DNA from: Atribacterota bacterium
GTDB lineage: Bacteria; Atribacterota; Phoenicimicrobiia; Phoenicimicrobiales; Stramentimicrobiaceae
DNA: 64,000 nucleotides
Assembly: GCA_040767965.1 (NCBI GenBank)
Contig: JAXGNR010000004.1
Coordinates: 736,001-800,000, forward strand
Direction: 5' to 3'
The notes beneath the pieces are model-generated. The model did not search any database, was not told where the DNA came from, and was given only the letters and a program-made list of their open reading frames with translations. Below, piece by piece: positions 50,927 to 61,884 of the stretch. A program made the position numbers and the translations under genes. Within the stretch, counting starts at the first letter, position 1, and each line of letters starts with the position of its first letter.

Positions 50927-52655
50927 CTTTGAGGAAATCCTTTCCATAGAGCATTTCCCGTGCGTGTTCCAAACTTATAAAACCATATTGTTCCCCATCA
51001 ATCATCCTGGCAATTTCTTCAAGCTGTTCTTTCCCTTTCAAAATTTTTAATTGTATATTAGTTTTAGTTTTGTCTATATATTTATTTATATATAGATGCC
51101 TGTTTGCTCTACAAGCGATTTGAGGTAAATGAGTCACAGTGATTATTTGATGATTTCTTGATATTTTTTTTAATTTAGTAGCAATTATCTCTCCTAATCG
51201 AGCCCCAACACCGCTGTCAATTTCATCAAAAATCATTGTTGGAACCTCATCCACTTTACCTAAAATTGATTTTAGACCTAACATTATTCTAGAAGCTTCT
51301 CCCCCAGAAACTATTTCTGCAAGGGGCTTTTTCTGTTCTCCAACGTTTGTCGCAATAAAAAATTCTACCTGATCAATCCCATTAGAATTAATTTTGATTA
51401 ATTTGTTGTTAATGTTTATTCCATTAGAATCTTCCTGTTGATTTATTTTGATGTCAAAAGAGCAGTTTTTCATGTTCAATTCATTTAATTCTTTTATAAT
51501 ATCATTTGCTAATTTTTCAGCAATTATTTTTCTTTGCTCGCTTAAGTAAAGAGATAATATTGTCAAGTTTTTTTCATCCTCTTTTATTTCATTTTTTAAA
51601 ACTTCCATCTTCTTTTGATTATCTTCAATATTATCTAATTGATTTTGCAAAAAATCTCTTTTTTCTAAGATTTCTTTTATATCTGAACCATATTTCTTTT
51701 TCAGATGATTTATTAAATCAATTCTATTTTCAAATTCCTGTAATTGTTGAGCATCAAAATCAAGCTTTTCTTTATACTCAATTACCTTGTCTGCAATATC
51801 TTCAATTTTAAATTGAACTTCCAATAGATCGTTTTTAATATTTGCAATTTCAATATCCAATCTTGTGATAATGTTAAAGTTATTAATTAAACGAACAATT
51901 GTATCCCTTACAGAAGCTTCTCCTTCCTCATTTCCTTCGTATAGAGCAAGATAAGCCATTTCCATGATTTCTTTTATTTTAACCGTATTATGAATAATAT
52001 TAATTTTATTTTCTAATTCCTCATCTTCTTTCTCTATCAGTTTTGCATCATCAATTTCCTGTAATTGAAATAACAAAAAATCTTTTTTAGATAAATTTTC
52101 TGCTCTATTTTTTGAAAGATTGTTTAGTAAAAATTTTTTTGCCTTCCACTGTGAATAGCATTTAAATAATTCATTTTTTTTCTGGAAAAATATTGACCCT
52201 CCAAGATTATCAATAAATTCTATGTGACTGCTTGCGCTAAGCAGTGATTGGTGACTGTGCTGACCATGTAAATCAATTAGATAGTTTCCAATTTCCTGTA
52301 ATGTCGATAAAGAAGTTAAATGATCATTAATCCAGCATTTATTTTTTTTCTTTCGATTTATCTGCCTTCTTATTATTATTTGATCATCGGTTATAATTTC
52401 CTTATATTTCTGTAATAATTTGGTTTGTTTTTTTAAAATTATTCCTATATTAAATAAGGCTTCTATTTCCAGATAGTCCTTATTGCTTTTTATTAAATTG
52501 CTATTAGCTGGGCTTCCTAAAATAACATTTATTGCTTCAATTATAATTGATTTACCAGCACCTGTTTCCCCAGTAATTACATTTAATCCATCATCAAACT
52601 CGATATTTAATTCTTCAATTAAAGCAAAGTTTTTTATTTTAAGACAAAAAAGCAT
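50916..52655 (-). CDS. recN: DNA repair protein RecN
   Basis: IKNFALI, TGETGAGKS, HGQH, SGGEASR, FDEIDSG, THLPQ; likely start ATG 52655. Confidence 0.96.
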   Translation of the reverse strand: MLFCLKIKNFALIEELNIEFDDGLNVITGETGAGKSIIIEAINVILGSPANSNLIKSNKDYLEIEALFNIGIILKKQTKLLQKYKEIITDDQIIIRRQINRKKKNKCWINDHLTSLSTLQEIGNYLIDLHGQHSHQSLLSASSHIEFIDNLGGSIFFQKKNELFKCYSQWKAKKFLLNNLSKNRAENLSKKDFLLFQLQEIDDAKLIEKEDEELENKINIIHNTVKIKEIMEMAYLALYEGNEEGEASVRDTIVRLINNFNIITRLDIEIANIKNDLLEVQFKIEDIADKVIEYKEKLDFDAQQLQEFENRIDLINHLKKKYGSDIKEILEKRDFLQNQLDNIEDNQKKMEVLKNEIKEDEKNLTILSLYLSEQRKIIAEKLANDIIKELNELNMKNCSFDIKINQQEDSNGININNKLIKINSNGIDQVEFFIATNVGEQKKPLAEIVSGGEASRIMLGLKSILGKVDEVPTMIFDEIDSGVGARLGEIIATKLKKISRNHQIITVTHLPQIACRANRHLYINKYIDKTKTNIQLKILKGKEQLEEIARMIDGEQYGFISLEHAREMLYGKDFLKDEK

Positions 52656-52692
52656 TTTTCTTCCTGCCAACATTTTTTATTTAAAATAGATT

Positions 52693-53565
52693 TTAAGAAA
52701 TAACCCTTCCGCTCCATTTAAGCTTTTTTCTTAAGGTGCTATAAAAGGTCTTCTCGCTAAAAGTTACTAATTGTGTTTTTTTCTTGGATTTTTTTATAAT
52801 GATAAGATCATTTTCTTCTAATTCAAAAGCTTCCTGGCCATCAACTGTTAACATAACATCCTTACCTTTGGATTTTACTATTATTTTTATGATATCATTA
52901 TGATGGATAACCAAAGTTCTTGCTGAAAGAGTATGAGGGCAAATAGGTGTAATTATCATGTTTTTAATAACAGGATAAATTATTGGGCCCCCTGCTGATA
53001 AGGAATATGCTGTGGAGCCAGTTGGAGTGGAAACAATAAGACCATCTGCATCATAATGAATTACATATTCATCATTAATGTATGTTTCTAGACGAATTAG
53101 TCTTGCGACCAATTTTTTTGCGGCAACAATATCATTTAAACAGTAAAACTGATTAATTTTTTTATTATTCCTAACTATAATCCCTGTCAACATCATCCGG
53201 TCTTCAGTTTTATATTTACCATTTAAAATAAGATTAATATATTCAGGGATCTCATGGACCCCAATTTGGGTTAAAAAGCCAAGTCCGCCCAGATTAACTC
53301 CGCAAACAGGTATATTATTATTAGTAACCAGTCTTGCAGCTCTTAGTAGCGTCCCATCTCCTCCTAAAGAAAATATCATATCTATATCTTTAAAAGGCAT
53401 TGCTAGAATATTAATATCAAAAGAAGCAATGAGTTTATCCTTTATTTTTTTATTCACAAAAACCTGAATATTCTTTTTTACCAGTTCTTCAATTATCTGG
53501 TTAGTTACATTTAAATTGCTATCTTTTTCATCATTAACTACTAATCCTACCTTTTTGATTGCCAT
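52693..53565 (-). CDS. nadK: NAD kinase
   Basis: GGDGT, GLGFL, LND, DG...TPTGSTAYSLSAGGP. Confidence 0.96.
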   Translation of the reverse strand: MAIKKVGLVVNDEKDSNLNVTNQIIEELVKKNIQVFVNKKIKDKLIASFDINILAMPFKDIDMIFSLGGDGTLLRAARLVTNNNIPVCGVNLGGLGFLTQIGVHEIPEYINLILNGKYKTEDRMMLTGIIVRNNKKINQFYCLNDIVAAKKLVARLIRLETYINDEYVIHYDADGLIVSTPTGSTAYSLSAGGPIIYPVIKNMIITPICPHTLSARTLVIHHNDIIKIIVKSKGKDVMLTVDGQEAFELEENDLIIIKKSKKKTQLVTFSEKTFYSTLRKKLKWSGRVIS

Positions 53566-53706
53566 CTTTTCTCCTATTTAGATATTTGCTAAAAAATTAA
53601 TGCAGCCACCATTTATTTAATATAGATATATTTTGCACAGATTATTTAATGTTTAGTTTAAGCAAAAAAACAATGTGCTTCTGTGATTGTTTTTTTTATA
53701 AGATTA

Positions 53707-54465
53707 TTATCTAAAGGCAATATACCATGAATATTTTTTTTCACAACAGATTAAATATTCAATATTTCCGGGAGAGTTTTTAATTGGCGAAAATGTGATG
53801 TTTTTACAAATATAATCGGAACTAATATTTTTTAATAAATTATGGATGGTATCAAAATGTATTTCCGGATCATCAACAATACCACCTTTTTTTACATGTT
53901 CTCTGCCTGCTTCAAATTGGGGTTTTATTAAGGCAATTATTTTCCCATTACTTTTTAATAAATCACTTACAATCGGAAGAACAATTTTCAAAGAAATAAA
54001 AGAAACATCAACAGTAATCATATCAAACTTAAAATTAAATATAGTTTTATCAAGGTATCTTATGTTGGTTTTTTCTATATTAATTACTCTGTTATCGTTT
54101 CTCAATTTCCAGTCTAACTGACCATAACCAACATCCACGCAATAAATTTTTTTAGCACCATGCTGAAGCAAACAATCAGTAAAACCTCCAGTAGATGCAC
54201 CAATATCAAGAATAATCAAATTATTTGGATAAATTTCAAAACAATGTAATGCTTTTTCTAATTTTAATCCACCCCTGCTGACATATTTCTCACTTATATT
54301 GTCAATTTCAATTACACTATCAGTATCAATTTTAGTGCCTGCCTTATTTATTTTTACACCATTGACTTTAACCTGGTTAGCCATTATAATTCTCTTGGCT
54401 TTTTCTCTTGTGAAAACCAGTTTTTTATCTACTAATATTTTATCTAATCTTTCTTTTTTATTCAT
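53707..54465 (-). CDS. tlyA: TlyA-family rRNA 2'-O-methyltransferase
   Basis: S4 domain (KERLD), YVSRGGLKL, GASTGGFTD, DVSFISL, KPQFE, GNIEY; C-terminus probably shifted in an A-run. Confidence 0.93.
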   Translation of the reverse strand: MNKKERLDKILVDKKLVFTREKAKRIIMANQVKVNGVKINKAGTKIDTDSVIEIDNISEKYVSRGGLKLEKALHCFEIYPNNLIILDIGASTGGFTDCLLQHGAKKIYCVDVGYGQLDWKLRNDNRVINIEKTNIRYLDKTIFNFKFDMITVDVSFISLKIVLPIVSDLLKSNGKIIALIKPQFEAGREHVKKGGIVDDPEIHFDTIHNLLKNISSDYICKNITFSPIKNSPGNIEYLICCEKKYSWYIAFR

Positions 54466-54495
54466 TTAATAAATAACACTTTATTATTTATAATT

Positions 54496-55104
54496 TTATT
54501 TTAACCAGTGCTCATCTCTTTCAATAGGCATACTTATGTCAAGATGACCTACTAAGGTTTCTCCGCTGTTACCATCTATAAGAAGCTGTACTTTTTCAAT
54601 TTCTGGAAATGTTGTCAAGGTCATTACAATAGAATATACTGTTAACAGCTCTCCAGTACTTCCTCCTGGATGATCTTTAATCAGGTCTGATGATAAATCA
54701 ATATAAGCAATTTTATCACTAACAAAAACAGTGTTAACTTTTGTAGATGGCGGTATAGTTGGAAAAAGATTTTTATTAGTTGGTCCTTTTATTAATTCTG
54801 TTATAATTTGCTTGATATTATAATCTGCATTTTTTATAGTCCTGTTTTCTGGGATTAAATATTGAGCATTATCATCAGAAAAGTATAGTAGTACTTCAAT
54901 TTCATCTTCTTTATCGACAATTGCTGTTTTTTCTGCTTCATCTTCAATTTTTACTGATTCTTTAGTGGAGATATCTTTTTTCTGCAGAATTGGTAATAAA
55001 AAATTTTGAAATAAAATAAATACAAAAAATAATAATAGTAATAATATTATTAAATTGAAAATTGATTTGAAATTATTTTTCTTTTTTTTTCTTCTTCTAG
55101 ACAT
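54496..55104 (-). CDS. GerMN-domain membrane protein
   Basis: TM anchor, LYFSD...LIPENR, ELIKGP, GGSTGELLTVYSIV.TLT, VQLLIDG. Confidence 0.9.
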   Translation of the reverse strand: MSRRRKKKKNNFKSIFNLIILLLLLFFVFILFQNFLLPILQKKDISTKESVKIEDEAEKTAIVDKEDEIEVLLYFSDDNAQYLIPENRTIKNADYNIKQIITELIKGPTNKNLFPTIPPSTKVNTVFVSDKIAYIDLSSDLIKDHPGGSTGELLTVYSIVMTLTTFPEIEKVQLLIDGNSGETLVGHLDISMPIERDEHWLK

Positions 55105-55133
55105 TTAAAACCCCTTCTACTTAATAAAAAATA

Positions 55134-56691
55134 CTATTCTATAGGAATGGTTTTTATGTATTCTGTAACAGATTCACCCAGGGCTTGTGCAACTTTTTCT
55201 CTAAATTCAGAGGTTTTTAAAAGCTTTTCCTCTTCAGGATTTGAAATAAAGCCAACTTCTACCAGTACTGCAGCCATGTTGACACCTTTCAGAACTATAA
55301 AAGGAGCTTGCTTTACTCCTCTGCTAGACAAACCAGTATGTTGAACAAGTTTTTTTTGTACAATATCAGCAAAATCTAAACTAAAACCTATACTAGCGCT
55401 CTCTTCCAAATCAGCTATAATCTGGTTTAAAACATTATCCTCATAATTATGAAATTGACTAGCCTTATTTTCCCTATCAGCTACATCCTTAGCAGAAGCT
55501 CCAATATAACGAGAATTTAAAACATATGTCTCAATTCCACGAGCTGTTGTAGAACCTTTTTGTAATGCGGAATTAACATGTATACTTATAAAGGCAGAAG
55601 CTTCTTTTTTAGCGGCTATCAAAGGTCTGTCTTCTAATGGGACATCTATGTCTTTTTCTCTTGTTAAGTAAACCTGGTAGCCCTTATTTTGAAGAATTTT
55701 CTGTAACTTTATCGCCACATCCAAAACAATGTCTTTTTCTTTTAAACCACTAGGACCAATAGCCCCAGGGTGAGAACCGCCATGACCTGGATCAATAACA
55801 ATAATATGTTTTTCATTTTGCCTTTCATCTAATTCAATGTCGGTTGCAGGAATATGAGATGGCTCTATTGGTTTTGCTTCTATCGCTACTTGAACACCAT
55901 CACTTTGCTTGATTTCATCAGAATTAAATACATCTACAACTATTCTTTCAGGTGATTTCAAAGCAAAAACCTCATACTGAAAATTATTTATCAGGTCTAA
56001 TACAATTCTAGCAGTATTAAGATCAAACTGTCCTATTCTAACTTTTTTTACTGTATTATCATCTATCAAAAATTCTTTTTGTTCATTATTTTTTAACCCA
56101 GTTAAGGCATTTATGTCAATAACAATTCTGTCCGGGTTATCAAGTTTAAGAATTTTGAAATCAGATGAATCGGTAACATCAATAACTATTCTTGTTTTAT
56201 CATCATAAGTAAAGCTTCTTACATTGTTAACAAATTACCCTTTCTTAAAATGTTAAGAATTTTGATTTCATATCCCATTCAACTACAATATTGTCTAGTG
56301 TTTTTAATATTTCAACAGGAATCATAACTCTATTTTCTATTATTTTTGCAGGAGTTTCCAATTCTATTTTTTCTTTATTTACTTCTGCTTCTAAAGCATC
56401 TATAACTACACTTATTTCTTTCTCTGGCATAATTATATTTAATAATTTTAAAGCTGGAAACCAAACAATTCTGCCATTTAATAGTTCAACTACATCTCTA
56501 ACGGGTAAGAAAACTCTTCCATCGATTACAATTGCATTATTTTCAGTTTCCAATAAATTCCCATCAAGATAAACCTTAACTTCCTCCTGGGCATTTAGAA
56601 GAAAAACATTAGGTGTTAAGTTAAGTATAAGTATTAAAACAAAAATAAGAATAATGCTTCTTTTTCTAATCATCAAGCCTTTTCTCCTCAT
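55134..56691 (-). CDS. N-acetylmuramoyl-L-alanine amidase (stalk/copper-amine-oxidase-N + AMIN + Amidase_3), split by indels near 56240
   Basis: Upstream ORF: signal plus DGRVFLPVR/ENRVMIP. Downstream frame: NPDRIVID, SPERIVVD, IDPGHGG, EK, SIHVN, LVEVGFISN. Confidence 0.87.
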
Positions 56692-57714
56692 GGACTAAAT
56701 ATCGATACATTATTACTTTTAAAGTCGCTGCTATCGGAATTGCAAACAAAACTCCCAAAAAACCAAGGAGGCCTCCAAATGTCAGCATTGCAAAAATTAT
56801 GGTGAGCGGATGTAGGCCTAATTCCTTTCCAAGTATTTTTGGATTTAACCAAATTGCCTCAATCTGATTTACAGCAACAAATAAAACAGTAACTGAAATA
56901 AATATAGACCAGGGCCTTCCAATAACAAAAAATAATGCTATCACCCATCCAACAATTGGACCCAGGTATGGTATAAAATTTAAAATTCCTGAAATCAAAC
57001 CAATAATAAGATAAAATTTTATCTGAAGGAAATAAAGACCAAGAGTAATTAGAGCACCCACAATAAAACATACAACTAGCCTTCCGCGAATAAAATTGCT
57101 TAATATTCTATCAATCTCAATGACTATTTCACGAAAATTATCTTTATTTTTCTGTGAAACAAATATCAGAAGATTATCTTTAAAAAGTTCTAAATCGATC
57201 AATAAATAATAAAGAATCAGGGGAATTACAATAACTCCAAATCCGAATTTTGTAACAAACGAAGAAAGTTCAAATATTGCATTTCTAGAAAAAGTCAATA
57301 ATCCTCTTTGTATCTCTGCAAAAATATCCTGCAAGAAAACCGCTAAGTTTGCTGAATCTTCCAGCCATTCAAAAATAAATTCTATGGATAGTAACAAATC
57401 TTGAATACTGGATATCAACCCGGGTATTTCTCTGGATAATTGGTTTAATTCATTAATAGTATTTGGTATAAGGAAAAAAACCACAAGGACAGCAAAAGCA
57501 ATAATAATGGCAAAAATAATTAAAATTGCTATTTTTTTTGATATTTTTTTATCAATTAAAAATCTATAAAGAGGTCCAAAAAATAAGCGAGAAATAAGGA
57601 TAAACTAAAATAAATCAAAATTAATTCTAATCTGTGTGCAATAAAACAAAAAATTATTATACTGATAATCAGTTTTATAACTAATCTGCTTTCTTTATCT
57701 TGAATTATTTCCAT
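56666..57714 (-). CDS. AI-2E (PerM/UPF0118) family transporter, N-terminus frameshifted
   Basis: FIRG, FIPYLGP, NQIE...PKILG..LGLHP, GFLGVLFAIP; ATG 57714 after SD AAGGT. Confidence 0.85.
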
Positions 57715-57875
57715 TTTTTACCTTATATTCTCTGTGATTAACTGCCGTTATTTTCAAAAAAGATTGCGTTTAAAATAATTGCACTTGTATTAATATAATT
57801 TATATCAAATAAATTGATATTAATCAATTATCAATAAATAAGAAATAATAATTATGTTTTATCTTATTAGAAAAT

Positions 57876-57912
57876 AAAAAGATAACCTGATTTTTATTCA
57901 GGTTATCTTTTT
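57876..57912 (-). terminator. Terminator after tmRNA
   Basis: AAAAAGATAACCTGA-7 nt-TCAGGTTATCTTTTT. Confidence 0.85.
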
Positions 57913-57925
57913 CTAAATCATTAAA

Positions 57926-58279
57926 TGGTAGAGGCGGCGAGATTCGAACTCGCGTCCAGAGAACCATCAATAAAAAATACTACGAGTGTAGTCTATGTTC
58001 TATTGTTTCATATTACCTAACTCCCATAGACTGGATTTAAATAATACTAGCTTCATAGTTTCTCTGAATCATTTGAAGCAAAATGAATCAGATAGCCTGT
58101 TTTTTGTTACACCCGCAATAAACTTACAAGCGAAAGTTCATTGCAGACGAGCAGCTATTAAGCTGCTAAAGCCAATTCGTTATCGTTGGCAATTAATGTT
58201 TTTCCCTAAGTTTAACGAGGATAAGGACCTCGACTCGCATTCTTTACCCCTGTTTTCCCTGTCGAAACCTATCGCCCCC
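57926..58279 (-). ncRNA. ssrA: tmRNA; tag peptide (A)ANDNELALAA
   Basis: 5' GGGGGCGATAGGTTTCGAC; 3' GGACGCGAGTTCGAATCTCGCCGCCTCTACCA; G3-U70 pair; tag ORF 58190-58158 GCC AAC GAT AAC GAA TTG GCT TTA GCA GCT TAA. Confidence 0.96.
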
Positions 58280-58748
58280 ATTGTTTATTTTTTAACTCTC
58301 TTTCAACTTCTCTCTGGATAGCCTTCTTGGTCAGATCATCTCTTTTATCAAATAACTTTTTTCCTTTAGCTAATCCAAGCTCTACTTTTGCATATCCATT
58401 TTTAAAATATACCTTTAAAGGAATTAATGTGAACCCTTTACTGCTGGTTTGACCCTTCAGTTTTTTTAATTGTTTATTTTGCAATAATAACTTGCGATCT
58501 CTTTTTGGTTCTAAGTTAAACCGATTACCAAATTCATAAGGGGAAACATGCATATTGATTACGAATAATTCATCGCCTTTAAACTGTGCATAACTTTCTT
58601 TTATACTGAGTTGATGGTTTCTGATTGATTTAACTTCAGTTCCTTTTAAAACGATACCTGCTTCATATGTTTCCAGTATATGATAATCATGTCTGGCCTT
58701 ACGGTTAACTGACACGGTTTTAAGTTCATTTATGTTTTTTTCAGGCAT
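58269..58748 (-). CDS. smpB: SsrA-binding protein
   Basis: NRKARHDY, EAGIVLKGTEVKS, RKLLL, GKKLFDKR. Confidence 0.97.
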   Translation of the reverse strand: MPEKNINELKTVSVNRKARHDYHILETYEAGIVLKGTEVKSIRNHQLSIKESYAQFKGDELFVINMHVSPYEFGNRFNLEPKRDRKLLLQNKQLKKLKGQTSSKGFTLIPLKVYFKNGYAKVELGLAKGKKLFDKRDDLTKKAIQREVERELKNKQWGR

Positions 58749-58859
58749 TATATTTCCCTGTTTTGTATTAAATTATAGCATAAAAACATTCACTTTTCAA
58801 TTAAAGAAACGCTTTTGAAAAAGTAACCTTCAATGGGCAATCAGATAGTTTAATTAATC

Positions 58860-59891
58860 TTAATTAGAAGCTCTTCTTAATCGGTCCATTATTGCACTTC
58901 CAAGTCCTTTGTTTTCAAAACTCTCAGAAATTATAATATCGCATTGCAAATCATCCAATAATCGCATCTTGCTATATAAATTATGAGCATATAATTCCAG
59001 ATTATTTTCAAATCCCAATGCCTCAACAATAAAGATATTCGGATATCTATTCATATTTTCAAAACTGGACAAAATACCAATTTTTTTCCCAAGTCCATGG
59101 TAGTAAAAAGCTTTTTTAATTATTTCCTGAATCATTTTTTCTTTTCCTCCCTCTACTAAAAAAAGCTTAGCCTTAGTAGCATAATGCTTTTTAAGCATAC
59201 CGGGAGATTTGCTTTCATTCAAAATACTATCTTGATTTATAGTAATATCTGGAATTACTTTTTTTAGATCTTCTACTGTAATCCCACCTAAGCGTAAAAT
59301 ATTTACTGGATTTATGGAAACATCAATTACTGTTGATTCAACTCCTACTGATGTTTCTCCACCATCGATTATGATATCTATTCTATTTTTTAAATCTGTA
59401 AAAACATGTTGTGCATTAGTGGAGCTCGTATGAGTGAATATATTTGCACTAGGTGCTGCTATTGGCCTTTTAGATTCTCGAATAAGTTCTAAAGCGATGG
59501 GATGTTTAGGTATCCTTACGGCAACAGTATCAAGCCCCGCAGTTACATATTGAGATATTTTTTTATTTTTTTTCATAACTATTGTTAGAGGTCCTGGCCA
59601 AAACATTTTGCTAATTTTTTTTGCTATATCTGGAAAATCAGATACAATATCTTGTAACTCTTCCAGACACGATATATGCACTATTAAAGGGTCAAAAAAT
59701 GGCCTTTCCTTTACTTGAAATATTTTTTTTACAGCATTTTCATTTAAAGCATCAGCACCTAACCCATATACTGTTTCTGTAGGAAATGCAACAAGCTTAC
59801 CATCTTTTATTGCTTTTCCTGCTATTTTAATTTTTTCTTTATCGATATTATCTTTATTTATTTCAATAAATGCCGTTTTTATCTTTTCCAT
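58860..59891 (-). CDS. sua5: Threonylcarbamoyl-AMP synthase, Sua5 type
   Basis: FPTETVYGLG, KERP..DPLIVH, PGPLT, APSAN, SPGMLKKHY plus SUA5 C-terminal domain. Confidence 0.95.
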   Translation of the reverse strand: MEKIKTAFIEINKDNIDKEKIKIAGKAIKDGKLVAFPTETVYGLGADALNENAVKKIFQVKERPFFDPLIVHISCLEELQDIVSDFPDIAKKISKMFWPGPLTIVMKKNKKISQYVTAGLDTVAVRIPKHPIALELIRESKRPIAAPSANIFTHTSSTNAQHVFTDLKNRIDIIIDGGETSVGVESTVIDVSINPVNILRLGGITVEDLKKVIPDITINQDSILNESKSPGMLKKHYATKAKLFLVEGGKEKMIQEIIKKAFYYHGLGKKIGILSSFENMNRYPNIFIVEALGFENNLELYAHNLYSKMRLLDDLQCDIIISESFENKGLGSAIMDRLRRASN

Positions 59892-59960
59892 TTTTTTCCC
59901 ATATTTTTTATTTTCTATATTAAAAAAAGCAGGATAGCCTGCTCTTTTATATTATTTCTA

Positions 59961-60035
59961 TGGTGGCGCAAGGGGGAATTGAACCCCCGTTTGCTGATTG
60001 AGAGCCAGCTGAATTAACCACTATTCGATTGCGCC
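59961..60035 (-). tRNA. tRNA-Glu(CTC)
   Basis: GGCGCAA/TTGCGCC acceptor stem, GCTGG-CTCTCAA-TCAGC anticodon arm, GGGGGTTCAATTCCCCC, encoded CCA. Confidence 0.93.
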
Positions 60036-60188
60036 ATGCTAAACAAATATATTTTACTTTATATATTTATAAAACGCAATTTTTGCGTTTTATTTTCTAC
60101 AGCTCTTTAGAATGTTCAATGTTTTTTTTATTAAACTAATAAGGACAGGGTATCTTTTTAACAGAGACTCTGCCCTTATAATTAAAGG

Positions 60189-60259
60189 CTGAGGGAGGTG
60201 GGGTCGAACCACCGCTCCCAGATCCAGAGTCTGGTGTCCTACCACTAGACGATCCCTCA
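60189..60259 (-). tRNA. tRNA-Gln(CTG)
   Basis: TGAGGGA/TCCCTCA acceptor stem, CCAGA-CTCTGGA-TCTGG anticodon arm; followed by CCT rather than CCA. Confidence 0.93.
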
Positions 60260-60357
60260 ATATTTATAATGTACATTTACTTAACATTAATATTTTACAA
60301 CATATTCTTTATAGGTCAAATTTTTTTTAAGCATTTTAAGATATTTTTATCAAAATA

Positions 60358-61827
60358 TTAATTATATATTCCATTTATAGCTTTTTTCAATCGTTCTATA
60401 TTTGTTTTTTTACCTAAAACTTCCATCAAAGAAAACAAACTCGGCCCAATTTTTTTGCCAGATAAAGACGCTCTTGTTGGATGTATAATTTGTTTCCCTT
60501 TTAATTTCATCTCTTCAGCCATCTCTCGAACAACTTTTTCAATATTTTCTTCTTTCCAATATTCTATTGCATTCAATCTTTTAGATAATTCTTCTAGGAT
60601 ATTTTTAGTTTCATCTGACGCTAGAATTTTTTTAGCATCATCTTCAAATTTAAAATCATCTGTAAAAAAATAATCACCGTATTCAACAAACTGTCTAAAA
60701 TTTCTTACCCTGGTTTTCATTAATGACACAACACTATTTAACCATTTTAACCTTTTAGAATCAGGATTATTCTCAAATAATTCAGCTTCCTGTAAAAAAG
60801 GTATCAGCTTGTCTATATAAATGTCGTTTGATATATTTTTTAAATATTCACCATTAAACCAATTCAATTTTTCCATGTCAAAAATTGCAGCATGTTTAGA
60901 TATTTTATCTAATGTGAAGTTTTTAACAAGTTCTCCTATTGAAAAGATCTCTTGATTGGTTCCAGAGGACCACCCTAGATGCGCAATATAATTTACAACA
61001 GCTTCAGGCAAAAATCCCATTTTTTGATATTCTATAACAGACGTAGCTCCATGTCTTTTGCTCAATCTGGTGTTGTCTGGGCCCATTATCATTGGTATAT
61101 GAGCAAAATTAGGAATTGGAGCATTTAAGGCCTGGTATATAACAATTTGTTTGGGGGTATTTGATATATGGTCATCACCACGCATTACCAGCGATATCTC
61201 CATATTTATGTCATCTACAACAACCGCAAAATTATATGTAGGAATTCCATCAGATTTAATTATGACAAAATCAGTAAATAGACTGGTATCAAACTCCATT
61301 TCTCCTTTGATTTTATCTTGAACTTTAATTATTTCTGCAGGCATTTTCAGTCTGATAACAGGCTTTCTTCCTTCTTTTCGAAAAGCAGACTTCTCTTCCT
61401 CGCTTAAATTAAGACATTTTCGATCATATAAGGCATTTTTATTTTCTTTAGCTTGCTTATTTCTTCTTTCTTCCAATTCTTCAGGAGTACAATAACAATA
61501 ATAAGCTTTTCCTTCTATCAAAAGCTGTTCAGTATATTTTTGGTAAGTATCAATTCTCTGCATTTGAAAATATGGCCCATATTGACCACCAACTTCAGGT
61601 CCTTCATCCCAGTTTAACCCCAGCCATTTCATACCATCAAATATAGCTTTAACAGCATCTGTTGTAGATCTGACTCGATCAGTATCTTCTATTCTTAATA
61701 CAAATGTACCATTATTATGTTTTGCATAAAGCCAGTTAAACAATGCTGTTCTCGCTCCTCCAATATGCAAATACCCTGTAGGGCTTGGGGCAAATCTAAC
61801 TCTTATTTCTTTATTTCTGACGATCAT
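60358..61827 (-). CDS. gltX: Glutamyl-tRNA synthetase
   Basis: RFAPSPTGYLHIG, RIEDTD, PTYNFA, RGDDH, RLSKR. Confidence 0.97.
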   Translation of the reverse strand: MIVRNKEIRVRFAPSPTGYLHIGGARTALFNWLYAKHNNGTFVLRIEDTDRVRSTTDAVKAIFDGMKWLGLNWDEGPEVGGQYGPYFQMQRIDTYQKYTEQLLIEGKAYYCYCTPEELEERRNKQAKENKNALYDRKCLNLSEEEKSAFRKEGRKPVIRLKMPAEIIKVQDKIKGEMEFDTSLFTDFVIIKSDGIPTYNFAVVVDDINMEISLVMRGDDHISNTPKQIVIYQALNAPIPNFAHIPMIMGPDNTRLSKRHGATSVIEYQKMGFLPEAVVNYIAHLGWSSGTNQEIFSIGELVKNFTLDKISKHAAIFDMEKLNWFNGEYLKNISNDIYIDKLIPFLQEAELFENNPDSKRLKWLNSVVSLMKTRVRNFRQFVEYGDYFFTDDFKFEDDAKKILASDETKNILEELSKRLNAIEYWKEENIEKVVREMAEEMKLKGKQIIHPTRASLSGKKIGPSLFSLMEVLGKKTNIERLKKAINGIYN

Positions 61828-61884
61828 ATTTCCTCCAAAGTAGACTGTTTCATGTTAAAATTTCAATTTGATTTCATATTATAT

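Noticed and set aside
53659-53745. Unusual TlyA C-terminus (KYSWYIAFR)
   Set aside because: Removing one A from the A8 run restores a typical ending (...LIKKTITEAHCFFA*); likely a homopolymer error.
57926-57936. tmRNA acceptor stem with G1-U72
   Set aside because: Single wobble pair with G3-U70 intact; cannot be told apart from a sequencing error.
60186-60189. tRNA-Gln ends in CCT instead of CCA
   Set aside because: Explained by a single-base error or by post-transcriptional CCA addition; not distinctive.
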